A DNA stretch of 64,000 nt from Nitrospirota bacterium (lineage in GTDB: Bacteria > Nitrospirota > UBA9217): positions 1 to 64,000 of the forward strand of contig DASPSR010000063.1 in assembly GCA_035623825.1 (NCBI GenBank). The letters run 5' to 3'. Position numbers and translations under genes: made by a program. Positions 31,091 through 40,758 of the stretch are shown here, piece after piece. Each line of letters starts with the position of its first letter. Within the stretch, counting starts at the first letter, position 1. Under the pieces are notes generated by a model. That model was not told the origin of the DNA. It ran no database searches and saw nothing but the letters and a program-made list of their open reading frames with translations.

Positions 31091-32545
31091 ATGTCCATCA
31101 TGTACCAGGATTTCTTGCGGTCCATAATGCCCATCAACGCCGAAGTGATCGTCGTCACCGTGGCGCTGATCGTGCTCATTCTCGATTTCTTTGTTGAGGA
31201 AGAGAGCAAATACTATCTTGGCTGGCTCAGTCTGGGCGGGATCATCTGGGCGGCGGCCGCCACGTATAACGTGATGGGCGCTAACGGCGCATTCTTCAGC
31301 GGGACGTTCCTGCTCGACCCCTTTTCGACCTTCTTCAAGTTTGTTTTCTACCTTGCCTGCGGACTCGGCATCCTGGTATCCATCAACTACTTGAAGATCG
31401 AAGACATTCGCCGCGGCGAATACTATGCGCTGATGCTGTTTGCCACGAGCGGCATGATGCTGATGGCCTCGGCTGGCGACCTCATCACCCTCTATCTTGG
31501 TCTGGAGCTTATGGCGCTCTCCATCTATATCCTTGCGGGGTTCATGCGGAGCGACAACCGGTCGAATGAATCAGCGATCAAGTACCTGCTCCTCGGCGCG
31601 TTCTCGTCCGGCATCATGCTCTACGGCATGTCGCTCCTCTACGGGCTTTCCGGCACTACGAACCTCGCGGGAATCCTGACGTTCCTGCGCGAAGCTGACC
31701 TCACGAATCCGGTGCTGTTCCTGGCCATGATCATGCTGGTCGTGAGCTTCGGGTTCAAGGTCGCGGCGGCGCCGTTCCACATGTGGGTCCCGGATGTGTA
31801 CGAAGGCGCCCCTACATCGGTAACGGCCTTCATGTCCGCAGGGCCCAAGGTGGCCGGTTTCGCCGTACTCCTCAGGGTCTTTACGTACGCGCTCGAACCT
31901 CTGCACGCGCACTCGACGGCGATCATCGCCGGCCTGGCCGTGCTCACCATGGCTGTCGGCAACATCATGGCCCTGTCCCAGACGAACATCAAGCGCATGC
32001 TTGCATACTCGTCTATCGCGCATGCCGGATACGCCCTGGTGGGGCTTGCCGCCGGCGGCCCGGATGGCGCAGCGAGCGTGATGCTCTACGTGTGCATCTA
32101 TGCCCTGATGAACATGGGCGCGTTCGGCGTGGTGATCATGCTTCGGAAAACCGGTGAGCGTGGCGAGGAGATAACCGACTTCGCAGGGCTCGGCAAGAGC
32201 AACAAGACGGCGGCGTTCCTCATGCTCATCTTCATGTTCTCCCTCACGGGAATACCCCCCTTGGCCGGTTTTGTGGGCAAATTCTATATCTTCAAGGCGG
32301 CGGTGGAGGCAGGGCTTGTATGGCTTGCGGTGGTGGGAGTGCTGTTCTCCGCCATAAGCGCGTACTTCTACCTCCGGATCATCATGATCATGTATATGAA
32401 CGAGCCCAAAGGGAGCTTCGAACTGACCACATCGCCCTCCCTTGCGCTTGCTCTGGCGATCTCGGTTACGGCCGTCATTGTCATCGGAGTATATCCGACG
32501 AACCTTCTGAACTTCGCACGCGCATCCATCATCGGGATCATGTAG
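31091..32545 (+). CDS. nuoN: NADH-quinone oxidoreductase subunit N
   Basis: ESAIKY, FKVAAAPFHMWVPDVYEGAP, KRMLAYSSIAHAGY. Confidence 0.96.
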   Translation: MSIMYQDFLRSIMPINAEVIVVTVALIVLILDFFVEEESKYYLGWLSLGGIIWAAAATYNVMGANGAFFSGTFLLDPFSTFFKFVFYLACGLGILVSINYLKIEDIRRGEYYALMLFATSGMMLMASAGDLITLYLGLELMALSIYILAGFMRSDNRSNESAIKYLLLGAFSSGIMLYGMSLLYGLSGTTNLAGILTFLREADLTNPVLFLAMIMLVVSFGFKVAAAPFHMWVPDVYEGAPTSVTAFMSAGPKVAGFAVLLRVFTYALEPLHAHSTAIIAGLAVLTMAVGNIMALSQTNIKRMLAYSSIAHAGYALVGLAAGGPDGAASVMLYVCIYALMNMGAFGVVIMLRKTGERGEEITDFAGLGKSNKTAAFLMLIFMFSLTGIPPLAGFVGKFYIFKAAVEAGLVWLAVVGVLFSAISAYFYLRIIMIMYMNEPKGSFELTTSPSLALALAISVTAVIVIGVYPTNLLNFARASIIGIM

Positions 32546-32870
32546 TGGAACGATCGCCTGCCTGTTTTCGCCTCGGGAGGCGGCAGCTGGAGCAAGGCAC
32601 ACCAGGGCACTCTTTCTGGCAGGATGCGGAACGATGAACGCATGGTTTGGTCGGCTTGTTCGTAAGAAATCTGCAGCAGGTGACGGTATTCGGCACTCCC
32701 TGACGTAGAACGGCGCCCTCTCCTGTCGGACGGCTCAAGCCAGGCTCTTTAACACGCCGGATTTGGCTGGCGGACGATGTCCCGCCGACCACCTCCCTCT
32801 CCCCCCTGTGACAAACTCGCATATGTTTTATCTCATACCGGTTCGACGTAATCCATGGTATATTTTGTTC

Positions 32871-33572
32871 ATGAGAAACGAAGCCAAAGGATATTTCCTG
32901 AAGGAATACGGATCATGGAGCGTCTTGATCATCGCGTATCTCATCGGCCTCGGCGTGAGCAGGGAATTCACGTGGACAGCGATCCCGCTCTTCCTTGCCC
33001 TCGCCCTGTTGATCAATTCGAAGCAGGCATACACGAAATGGAACCGGCGGCCGGAAGACCGGAAAGCGCTCATCATTTTTCTTGCTCACATTGTCGTGGC
33101 GGCGGTGATCCTGGTCGCCGTCTTCGGCAGGGACATCCCCATGCTCCTGCCGCTTATCATATTCCCGCTTGTCTATCTCCTCATGAGCAGGTTTGCAGGG
33201 GAGCATTTTGTCCTTACTGAACTGTTGGGCTTCACGCTCATCAGTCTTTCGGCGGTCCTGGCAAAATTCCTGTTGACGGGAGGCCTGGATGTCAGGCTTT
33301 TCCTCGGGACGACGCTGTATTTTACGGCGGGGGTGTTCAAGATCAAAGCGGTGCTCTTGAAAAGGACGAAATACAGGGTTCTGACGGCAGTCTACGTCTT
33401 GTTCGCGGCCCTCGTCTACCAGCTCATGCACATCCCGGTCATCATACTTCTGCCGCTGGTGGATAACCTTATTGTTGCTGCCACGCTTTACAAGGTCAAG
33501 CTCCAGACTACGGGCTGGATCGAAGTGGCCAAGAGCCTCGCGGTCCTTGCCCTCTTTATTTCCTTCTACTAG
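32871..33572 (+). CDS. YwiC-like membrane protein
   Basis: N-terminal KEYGSW (resembles the YwiC PxEHGAW motif), multi-TM, C-terminal GWIE. Confidence 0.6.
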   Translation: MRNEAKGYFLKEYGSWSVLIIAYLIGLGVSREFTWTAIPLFLALALLINSKQAYTKWNRRPEDRKALIIFLAHIVVAAVILVAVFGRDIPMLLPLIIFPLVYLLMSRFAGEHFVLTELLGFTLISLSAVLAKFLLTGGLDVRLFLGTTLYFTAGVFKIKAVLLKRTKYRVLTAVYVLFAALVYQLMHIPVIILLPLVDNLIVAATLYKVKLQTTGWIEVAKSLAVLALFISFY

Positions 33573-33660
33573 GGCGCTTCGCGCCTGCCTGGCGGGCCTT
33601 CTCCGGCATGTACCTGTTCCCCCTCGAAGGTGGTAGAATATAATAAAAGGGGGAAAGGGG

Positions 33661-35406
33661 ATGGCAGTCAAACCTCCGGAGATAAATCTTGCTACCAATG
33701 CTTTGGCCGTGCTTGACCGGCGGTACCTGAAAAAGGACGAGCAGGGCAGGGTGGTGGAATCGCCTGGACAGATGTTCAGGAGGGTGGCTAACAACATCGC
33801 CCAGGCCGACCTCATGTACGATGGCCATGCCGATATCCGCAGGAGCGAAGAGGAATTTTACCGTATCCTCTCGACGCTCGAATTTCTGCCGAACTCACCG
33901 ACCTTGATGAACGCAGGCCGCCCTCTCCAGCAGCTTGCGGCGTGCTTCGTCCTGCCCGTCGAGGACTCGCTCGAATCCATCTTTGAGGAGGTTAAAAACA
34001 CCGCATTGATCCACCAGAGCGGCGGCGGCACCGGCTTCTCGTTCAGCAGGCTGCGTCCCAAGGACGACCTGGTGCATACTACGAGCGGCGCGGCGAGCGG
34101 CCCGGTCTCTTTCATGCGGGTCTTCAATATGGCCACGGAGGTGATCAAGCAGGGAGGCACGCGGCGAGGCGCGAATATGGGTATCCTGCGGGTGGACCAT
34201 CCAGACATCCTCGATTTCATATCATGCAAGGTCGATAATAAAGAGTTCTCCAATTTCAACATTTCCGTGGCAGTGACCGAAGAATTCATGCGCGCTGTCG
34301 AAGCCGACGCTGATCTGCCGCTTATCAATCCCTCCACACACCAGGTGGTAAAAAAACTGAAAGCCCGGGAGATCTTCGACCGGATCGTGGAGATGGCATG
34401 GAAGACCGGTGACCCCGGAGTGGTGTTCCTCGACCGGATCAACCGCGATAACCCTACGCCGCGGCTGGGAGAGATGGAGAGCACGAACCCCTGCGGCGAG
34501 CAACCGCTCCTGCCGTACGAGCCGTGCAACCTGGGGTCGCTTAACCTGTCGCGCATGCTCTGGGAAGACGGAGGCCGCCCTGTGATAGACTGGGAAAAGC
34601 TGGAACGGGCTGTCAGGGCCGGTGTGCACTTCCTCGATAACGTCATCGACATGAGCCGCTATCCGCTGGACCAGATCGACCGCATGGCCAAGGGGAACCG
34701 CAAGATCGGCCTCGGCGTCATGGGCTTTGCCGATTTACTGATAAGGCTCGGGATCCCCTACGATTCGGAAGAGGCGGTCAAGACCGGGGAGAGGATCATG
34801 CAGTTCGTCAAGGAAAAGGGTTGGCAGTCCTCCGAAGAGCTTGCCCGGGAGCGGGGCGTGTTCCCGAATTTCAAGGGGAGCAAATACGATACGCCGGGCG
34901 GGCCGAAACTCCGGAACGCGACGGTGACCACGGTAGCGCCCACCGGCACGCTCTCTATCATCGGGGGGTGCTCGAGCGGGATCGAGCCGCTCTTCGCTCT
35001 CTCTTACACGCGGCACGTGCTCGGGGACGTGGACCTTCCCGAGGTGTATGATTACTTCCTCGAGACGGCAAAGAGACGCGCCTTCTACAGCGATCATCTG
35101 CTGATGCGCATCACGGCAGGGGAGTCCATCCAGCGGATGAGCGACGTCCCGGAGGACATGAAGCGCGTGTTCGTGACGGCCTTCGACATCGCACCCGAGT
35201 GGCATGTGCGCATGCAGGCCGCATTCCAGCGCCATACGGACAATGCGGTGTCCAAGACTATCAACTTTCCGCCACAGGCGACGAAGGATGACGTGCAGCA
35301 GGCCTTCCTCCTGGCCTACCGGGAAGGGGTGAAAGGGATCACCATCTTCCGGAGCGGGAGTAAAAGCGAGCAGGTGCTCACCTGCGCCGACCCGCTGTAC
35401 TGCTGA
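33661..35406 (+). CDS. nrdJ: Class II (adenosylcobalamin-dependent) ribonucleotide reductase, compact form
   Basis: PNSPTLMNAG, ACFV, GGTRRGANM, TNPCGEQPL, APTGT, SKTINF, KGITIFR. Confidence 0.92.
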   Translation: MAVKPPEINLATNALAVLDRRYLKKDEQGRVVESPGQMFRRVANNIAQADLMYDGHADIRRSEEEFYRILSTLEFLPNSPTLMNAGRPLQQLAACFVLPVEDSLESIFEEVKNTALIHQSGGGTGFSFSRLRPKDDLVHTTSGAASGPVSFMRVFNMATEVIKQGGTRRGANMGILRVDHPDILDFISCKVDNKEFSNFNISVAVTEEFMRAVEADADLPLINPSTHQVVKKLKAREIFDRIVEMAWKTGDPGVVFLDRINRDNPTPRLGEMESTNPCGEQPLLPYEPCNLGSLNLSRMLWEDGGRPVIDWEKLERAVRAGVHFLDNVIDMSRYPLDQIDRMAKGNRKIGLGVMGFADLLIRLGIPYDSEEAVKTGERIMQFVKEKGWQSSEELARERGVFPNFKGSKYDTPGGPKLRNATVTTVAPTGTLSIIGGCSSGIEPLFALSYTRHVLGDVDLPEVYDYFLETAKRRAFYSDHLLMRITAGESIQRMSDVPEDMKRVFVTAFDIAPEWHVRMQAAFQRHTDNAVSKTINFPPQATKDDVQQAFLLAYREGVKGITIFRSGSKSEQVLTCADPLYC

Positions 35407-35644
35407 AACACCGTCCTCTCATTTTTTATCGTTCGTCCATCCGTTCATCGCGCACCGTTGTGCCTTCTCACCCTCCGTTTCCCCGCGTCATCTGAACCTT
35501 GTCAGTATGCCCTTATCTTTCAACAGGTTCTTGACTTTCTTCCGGTTTTTCGTAATTGAACGCGATGCGGGGAAGGTATGGCTTCCTCATGAGAAGGGGC
35601 GCGGCGTATGCCGCTTGACAGCAGTGTTATTATGAAGCAGGAGG

Positions 35645-36700
35645 ATGAATATGATGAAAAGCGTCATGGAATGGATATCGAACGACACTGTAAAACCCGA
35701 AAACAGGCAGGCCGAGCAGACCTCATCGCCCTCTGATGACGGACTTCTGGATGCGTACTCCCGTGCGGTAATCACAGCGGCGGAAAAGGTCAGCCCTTCA
35801 GTTGTCAATATAGAGGTCCGGCAGCAGATGCGGGGCAGGAATGCCGAGCCGCGCGTTTCCCGGGAGTTCCAAGCAAGCGGCTCAGGCTTCATATTCACGC
35901 CCGACGGGTTCATCCTTACGAACAGCCACGTGGTGCACGGAGCGGAGGAGATCGGAGTCATGCTTCCGGACGGCCGGCAGTTTCAGGCCCAGAATGTGGG
36001 GGATGATCCTAATACGGATCTCGCGGTGATCAGGATTGATGCGCCTAAGCTCACGGCCGTCAGTCTCGGCGATTCGCAGACAATCCGAGTGGGCCAGCTT
36101 GTCATCGCCATCGGCAATCCGTATGGTTTCCAGTATACGGTGACCGCTGGCGTGGTGAGCGCGCTCGGCCGTTCACTCCGGTCCATCTCCGGCAGGCTCA
36201 TCGACAGCGTGATCCAGACCGATGCGGCGCTCAACCCGGGCAATTCTGGCGGACCGCTTGTCACGTCCCGCGGCGACGTGATCGGCGTGAATACAGCGGT
36301 GATCATGCCGGCTCAGGGGATCTGCTTCGCCATCGGCATCAACACCGCAAAGTTCGTTGTGGCGAGCCTGATCAAGGACGGCAAGGTACGGCGCAGTTAC
36401 ATCGGGGTAGGAGGACAGAACGTCCCGCTCCTTCGGCGCATTGTGCGTTTTCACGACCTCCCGGCAGAAAGCGGTGTCTTGGTCGTCTCAATCGAAGCAG
36501 ACAGCCCGGCCATGCGGGCCGGCCTGCGAGGGGGAGACATCATCGTGGGATTCGGCGGTTCGGCCGTCGCTGGCATTGATGAGCTGCACAGGCTCCTGAC
36601 ACAGGAGAAGGTCGGCGTGAGCTTACCAATCGTGATCATCCGGGGAACGGAAAAGCTGAGCCTTCCTATCGTCCCCGGTGAATTCAAGACGAGATCATAA
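35645..36700 (+). CDS. HtrA/DegP-like trypsin serine protease with one PDZ domain
   Basis: TNSHVV, DLAV, QTDAALNPGNSGGPL, C-terminal PDZ. Confidence 0.92.
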   Translation: MNMMKSVMEWISNDTVKPENRQAEQTSSPSDDGLLDAYSRAVITAAEKVSPSVVNIEVRQQMRGRNAEPRVSREFQASGSGFIFTPDGFILTNSHVVHGAEEIGVMLPDGRQFQAQNVGDDPNTDLAVIRIDAPKLTAVSLGDSQTIRVGQLVIAIGNPYGFQYTVTAGVVSALGRSLRSISGRLIDSVIQTDAALNPGNSGGPLVTSRGDVIGVNTAVIMPAQGICFAIGINTAKFVVASLIKDGKVRRSYIGVGGQNVPLLRRIVRFHDLPAESGVLVVSIEADSPAMRAGLRGGDIIVGFGGSAVAGIDELHRLLTQEKVGVSLPIVIIRGTEKLSLPIVPGEFKTRS

Positions 36701-36721
36701 CCGCAGAAGGGCGAGCATGGA

Positions 36722-37975
36722 TTACCGGTGCCGATCCGCGGTATTGCTGAAAGGAGGTAGTGCCCAGGGGACAAGATATCGATGCGGGCCAATGGCCGGC
36801 GTGCGCTTGGCACAGGCCGTCATTGGATTTTTCGCATTCAAGTGCCCATCCTTGTCATCGATTGCGGGCTCGGTTTCTTGAGCAGCATTCCTGCGTGCTG
36901 CCTGTTGTTGGGAAGGACGCTGCGCGAGGGTTGTCTCCTTTTCGAACACGGGGCAAATATCAGGGCCATTTCCAGGCTCTCTTGAAGATTCGCCCTGATT
37001 GAGAAGAGATATATAGACTTCTTCGTCCCACGAAATCCGGATCTCAGCTTTCCGGATTGCATCAATTCTAGCCAGGAAGATCTTCTTTTTCCCCTTAGGG
37101 ATCTTCAGGAGGTAGCGGTTATCATCGGGAGGCGTTGATTTTCCGTTGATTTCGGGGTTCAGGGACTTGATCCTCTCGTAGGTGCTGTCGGTACAGTACG
37201 CGACGGTGCGTAGATCCATCACCTCCCTGATCACAACCTCGTCATAACGGAGCGGTTCGACATCGGGAACCCGGAAGCCGTATGCAGCGGGATCTCTGGC
37301 GATGAGGGACGCCGCCATGAATTTCGACACATAAACCTTTGTTTCCCTCCGGAGATATGCGGACTCCTTCAAATCCCAGAAGTCCTCAGAACCGGTCTTC
37401 TGCATCGCGCGCAGCACTTTGCTGGCGCCGGCATTGTATGCCGCCAGGACGAGCGGCCAGGATCCGAATCGGCTGTGGAGATCCCTGAAATGCTGCGCCG
37501 CGGCATGGGTCGACTTGATGTAGTCCTTTCGCTCGTCAATCCACCAGTCGCTTCTAAGCCCGTATTGCCGTGCCGTGTCAGGCATGAACTGCCAGTGGCC
37601 TGCCGCTTTTGACCGAGACACCGCGCCGGAATCAAACCCGCTTTCGATCATGGCTACATATACGAGTTCCTCCGGCAGGTTCTCATCCTTGAAGATCTTT
37701 TTCATCGGATCGAGGTAGTGCGCAGAATTGTTCAGCCACCGCTGAAACGTGCGTTTCTCCCGGGTTCTGAAATATTCAATATATGTTTCCACGCTGTTAT
37801 TCAGGACGACCGGAATGTGATATTTATTCTCTTCAATCGCTTCGTCTGCCGGGGTTGTCGCTTCGAATGGGGAAGAAGGCTGGTTTATCGCCGCCGTTAC
37901 GGTCTCGGAAGGTTCTGCTCCGACCGGTAGCGCGTGGAGCGTGATAAATAGTATGCCGATGAGCACTGTCAACAT
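36722..37975 (-). CDS. Lytic transglycosylase (MltD-like SLT domain)
   Basis: MIESGF, WQFMPDTA, AAYNAG, ETKVYV; start re-called at ATG 37975 after GGAGG. Confidence 0.88.
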   Translation of the reverse strand: MLTVLIGILFITLHALPVGAEPSETVTAAINQPSSPFEATTPADEAIEENKYHIPVVLNNSVETYIEYFRTREKRTFQRWLNNSAHYLDPMKKIFKDENLPEELVYVAMIESGFDSGAVSRSKAAGHWQFMPDTARQYGLRSDWWIDERKDYIKSTHAAAQHFRDLHSRFGSWPLVLAAYNAGASKVLRAMQKTGSEDFWDLKESAYLRRETKVYVSKFMAASLIARDPAAYGFRVPDVEPLRYDEVVIREVMDLRTVAYCTDSTYERIKSLNPEINGKSTPPDDNRYLLKIPKGKKKIFLARIDAIRKAEIRISWDEEVYISLLNQGESSREPGNGPDICPVFEKETTLAQRPSQQQAARRNAAQETEPAIDDKDGHLNAKNPMTACAKRTPAIGPHRYLVPWALPPFSNTADRHR

Positions 37976-38793
37976 ATTGCCTCCTGTGCCGCCACGATAA
38001 TACGCAAACACAGGTTTCGGCAAGCATCCAGATACCTTTTCCCCCCCGGGCCGTTTATCACGGCGCCAAGGAATAAATAAGACACGAAGGCATCAAGGGG
38101 CCTTGCTGGATTCGGCATAGATTGGATTTTATAAGGTTATTCTCCTGGCCACCTCACTTGATTCCTCCGATTCCTCAAGAACAAGAATGTATGTGTATTA
38201 ATCCTCTATCCCTATAGTAGTATTTAAGCGCAAGTGTAACCATGCTGTCAAGTAAACTTTAGTACTACTGTTGATGGATTCTGCAGTTATGACCTAAATA
38301 TCAGCACATTCCCCACCTGCTTGGCGTTGATAGCCTGGAGGAGGTCGAGGGGATTGGTTGGATTTTTTCTGGGTCTGTCTGGTGATTCTTGCCGGTCGAC
38401 GTTCTCCTTGGGCCTACCTTAAGATCATTCCGCCTGCCGCGGGTCTCATCGGTTGGTGTCCTCATACGCCCTCTTCGGCTTTTCCACCTGCAAAGAGAGC
38501 AAATAAAAGAGCGAATATGTCAGACAGTGCCTAAAGGATTCGTTTTTAATGAAGACGTAAAGTCTCATGAAGCGGTGCGGATAGTATTTCACCCGTTCAT
38601 GGCTTTGTAATACCTAAGTGCACGGGACATCGTGCAACTCATGCCTCTTAATTTCAACCTTCCTGTCTTCCGCCCCCTTTCTTGACAATCCAGCAAGATC
38701 GGCGGTAATTTTTAATTAGAGGGATATAGCCACCCTTTGATTCGGAGGGACTGGAACTGGTTACAACCGTGGTGGGGCGAACACAAGGCGGCG

Positions 38794-39453
38794 ATGAAAA
38801 TGTTTATCAATAGGACCGATGCGGGCATCCGGCTCGCGGACAAGCTGAAGGATTATAGTAACCGGGAGGGAGTACTCGTCCTAGCCTTGCCGCGCGGCGG
38901 GGTCGCAGTGGGATTCGAACTGGCCAGGCGTCTGAACGTCGGCCTGGACGTTCTGATCGTCCGTAAGATCGGTGTACCGTCTCAGCCCGAGCTCGCCGCA
39001 GGCGCTATCTCCGAAACGGGGACCGTGCACCTGAACCGTGACGTCATATCGGCCGTCGGCAATTTGAGTTCGTATATCGAAAAAGAGATAGCCCGGCAGA
39101 AGGAGGAGATCTCTCGCAGGATCATGCTCTATCGGAACGGCGAGCCGATCAGGGAATTGACCGGCAAGACCATCATCCTCGTCGATGACGGCGTGGCCAC
39201 CGGCGCCACGTTGAAGGCGGCTATTGAGACAATGAAGAAAGAGCGGATCTCAAAGCTCGTCGTTGCGGTGCCGGTGGCCCCTCCCAGTACCGCAGAGGAG
39301 CTTAAGCACATGGCAGACGAGTTCGTGTGCATCGAAACTCCCTATTATTTTATGGCAGTGGGAAGCCATTATAGCGATTTTACTCAGGTAACGGATGAAG
39401 AAGTCGTGAAACTGCTCAGGCAATCAGAAAGCTTCGGGAAAAGGGCCGCGTGA
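38794..39453 (+). CDS. Phosphoribosyltransferase family protein
   Basis: LALPRGG, RKIG, ILVDDGVATGAT. Confidence 0.9.
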   Translation: MKMFINRTDAGIRLADKLKDYSNREGVLVLALPRGGVAVGFELARRLNVGLDVLIVRKIGVPSQPELAAGAISETGTVHLNRDVISAVGNLSSYIEKEIARQKEEISRRIMLYRNGEPIRELTGKTIILVDDGVATGATLKAAIETMKKERISKLVVAVPVAPPSTAEELKHMADEFVCIETPYYFMAVGSHYSDFTQVTDEEVVKLLRQSESFGKRAA

Positions 39454-39617
39454 TCGCCCCTGTTTTGGGCAGGAGGCAAAGGTCAAGGCGCAAAGAGAAA
39501 CGATCACGGCTTGCGAGCGCTCACACTTGTTCCTGCATGCGGATATGGCATGCGAGGCTCGCAGAGAGAGTTATAATGGCAGTGAGAGAAAATGAGCGCA
39601 GGGGAAGGAGGTTCACC

Positions 39618-40286
39618 ATGGCAGTTGCTAATGTCGGACAATTGGTCCATATCCCCGCTGATACGGTTACTCTCGACGGCTGGCTTGCACTGCCCGGAGG
39701 CGCCGATGCGATCGTTGTTTTTGCCCACGGAAGCGGCAGCAGCCGGCACAGCCCGAGGAACAGGTTTGTGGCCGAGGCCCTGCAAGAGGAGGGTTTAGGC
39801 ACGCTTCTCTTTGATCTGCTGACAAGTGATGAAGATGCCCTCTACGCAAACCGATTTAACGTTTCGCTTTTGACCGACCGGCTGAAGATTGCGACCCGCT
39901 GGCTCGCGCAGCAGCCGGAAGCGAAAGGGCTTGCCATAGGTTATTTCGGTGCCAGTACGGGGGCGGCCGCCGCGCTCTGGGCTGCAGCCGACCTCGGCGT
40001 AGACGTTCGAGCGGTCGTTTCTCGGGGCGGCAGGCCCGATCTGGCCGGGCCGGTCCTTGATCGTGTCGAGGCGCCCACCCTCCTCATCGTCGGCGGGCGT
40101 GATTACGCGGTCATTGATCTCAACTGGGACGCGTACAAGCGAATAACCGCGGTAAAGGACATGAAGATCATAGCAGGCGCAACTCATCTTTTTGAAGAGC
40201 ACGGCGCCCTCGAACAGGTGGCCCATGCCGCGGCAGAATGGTTTGTCCGCTACCTCCCAAGCACAGATCGCAAGACGGCTGCATGA
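39618..40286 (+). CDS. Dienelactone hydrolase-like alpha/beta hydrolase
   Basis: FAHGSGSSRHSPRN, GYFGASTG, SRGGRPDL, HLFEE. Confidence 0.88.
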   Translation: MAVANVGQLVHIPADTVTLDGWLALPGGADAIVVFAHGSGSSRHSPRNRFVAEALQEEGLGTLLFDLLTSDEDALYANRFNVSLLTDRLKIATRWLAQQPEAKGLAIGYFGASTGAAAALWAAADLGVDVRAVVSRGGRPDLAGPVLDRVEAPTLLIVGGRDYAVIDLNWDAYKRITAVKDMKIIAGATHLFEEHGALEQVAHAAAEWFVRYLPSTDRKTAA

Positions 40287-40563
40287 ATCGTTCACCGGAC
40301 CCTGAAGCATGAACCGAAGGTATATCCTGGGTCAACACCAGGCCAATCGGTCGGAAAAGGGATCGTGGTGCCTCAATCTGACAAGCGTCAATTTTGACCG
40401 GGGAATTCGCCGGGCGGCGACATCGACGCCAGGAAGCATGATCATCGGACCCCTCGCAGATGGTAAATCCTTTTCGAGCACTGTCGGATTAACTTTCGGC
40501 TTGACAGAACGGCGTGGGTGGGTGTATTTTACCTAATCATTGACATGGTTTTGCCGTGCCAAG

Positions 40564-40589
40564 AGCCCCTTGTAAAAGGGGCTTTTTTT
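40564..40589 (+). terminator. Terminator-like hairpin in the leader of the glutamate synthase genes
   Basis: AGCCCCT-TGTAAA-AGGGGCT followed by a T run. Confidence 0.55.
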
Positions 40590-40758
40590 CACGCTGGCAG
40601 GCAAAGCTCTGAAGATGCAATTTTAGCAAAACCTGAACACCAGATCCCAGGTAACTTCCAGGCATCAAATTCCAAATACGGTGGAAATGAAGATTTAAGG
40701 TTTGGTTATTGTTCCGTATTTGGGATTTGACGGGCAGGATTTCATTCAGGAGTCGATT

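Noticed and set aside
27435-32545. 2M-type Complex I with duplicated nuoM
   Set aside because: Only one nuoM lies between nuoL and nuoN
35401-35406. Cys-TGA endings (nrdJ, gltB2, Mth938) as further selenocysteine readthrough
   Set aside because: These proteins appear complete at the stop and no domain continuation was recognised downstream, unlike the rhodanese
38030-38130. c-di-AMP (ydaO) riboswitch upstream of the lytic transglycosylase
   Set aside because: Minus strand has GCCGAATCC only; the GGGGGAAC and GTCAGCTAAC elements are absent
38160-38740. Small ORFs or ncRNA in the transglycosylase/PRTase divergent spacer
   Set aside because: No convincing RBS, motif or structure could be supported
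40287-40325. Glutamine riboswitch (ATCGTTCA...GAAC...GAAGG) upstream of glutamate synthase
   Set aside because: Only a few conserved-looking bases; the E-loop and closing GAACG are not matched, it abuts the previous stop codon and is about 440 nt from the gene; needs an Rfam scan
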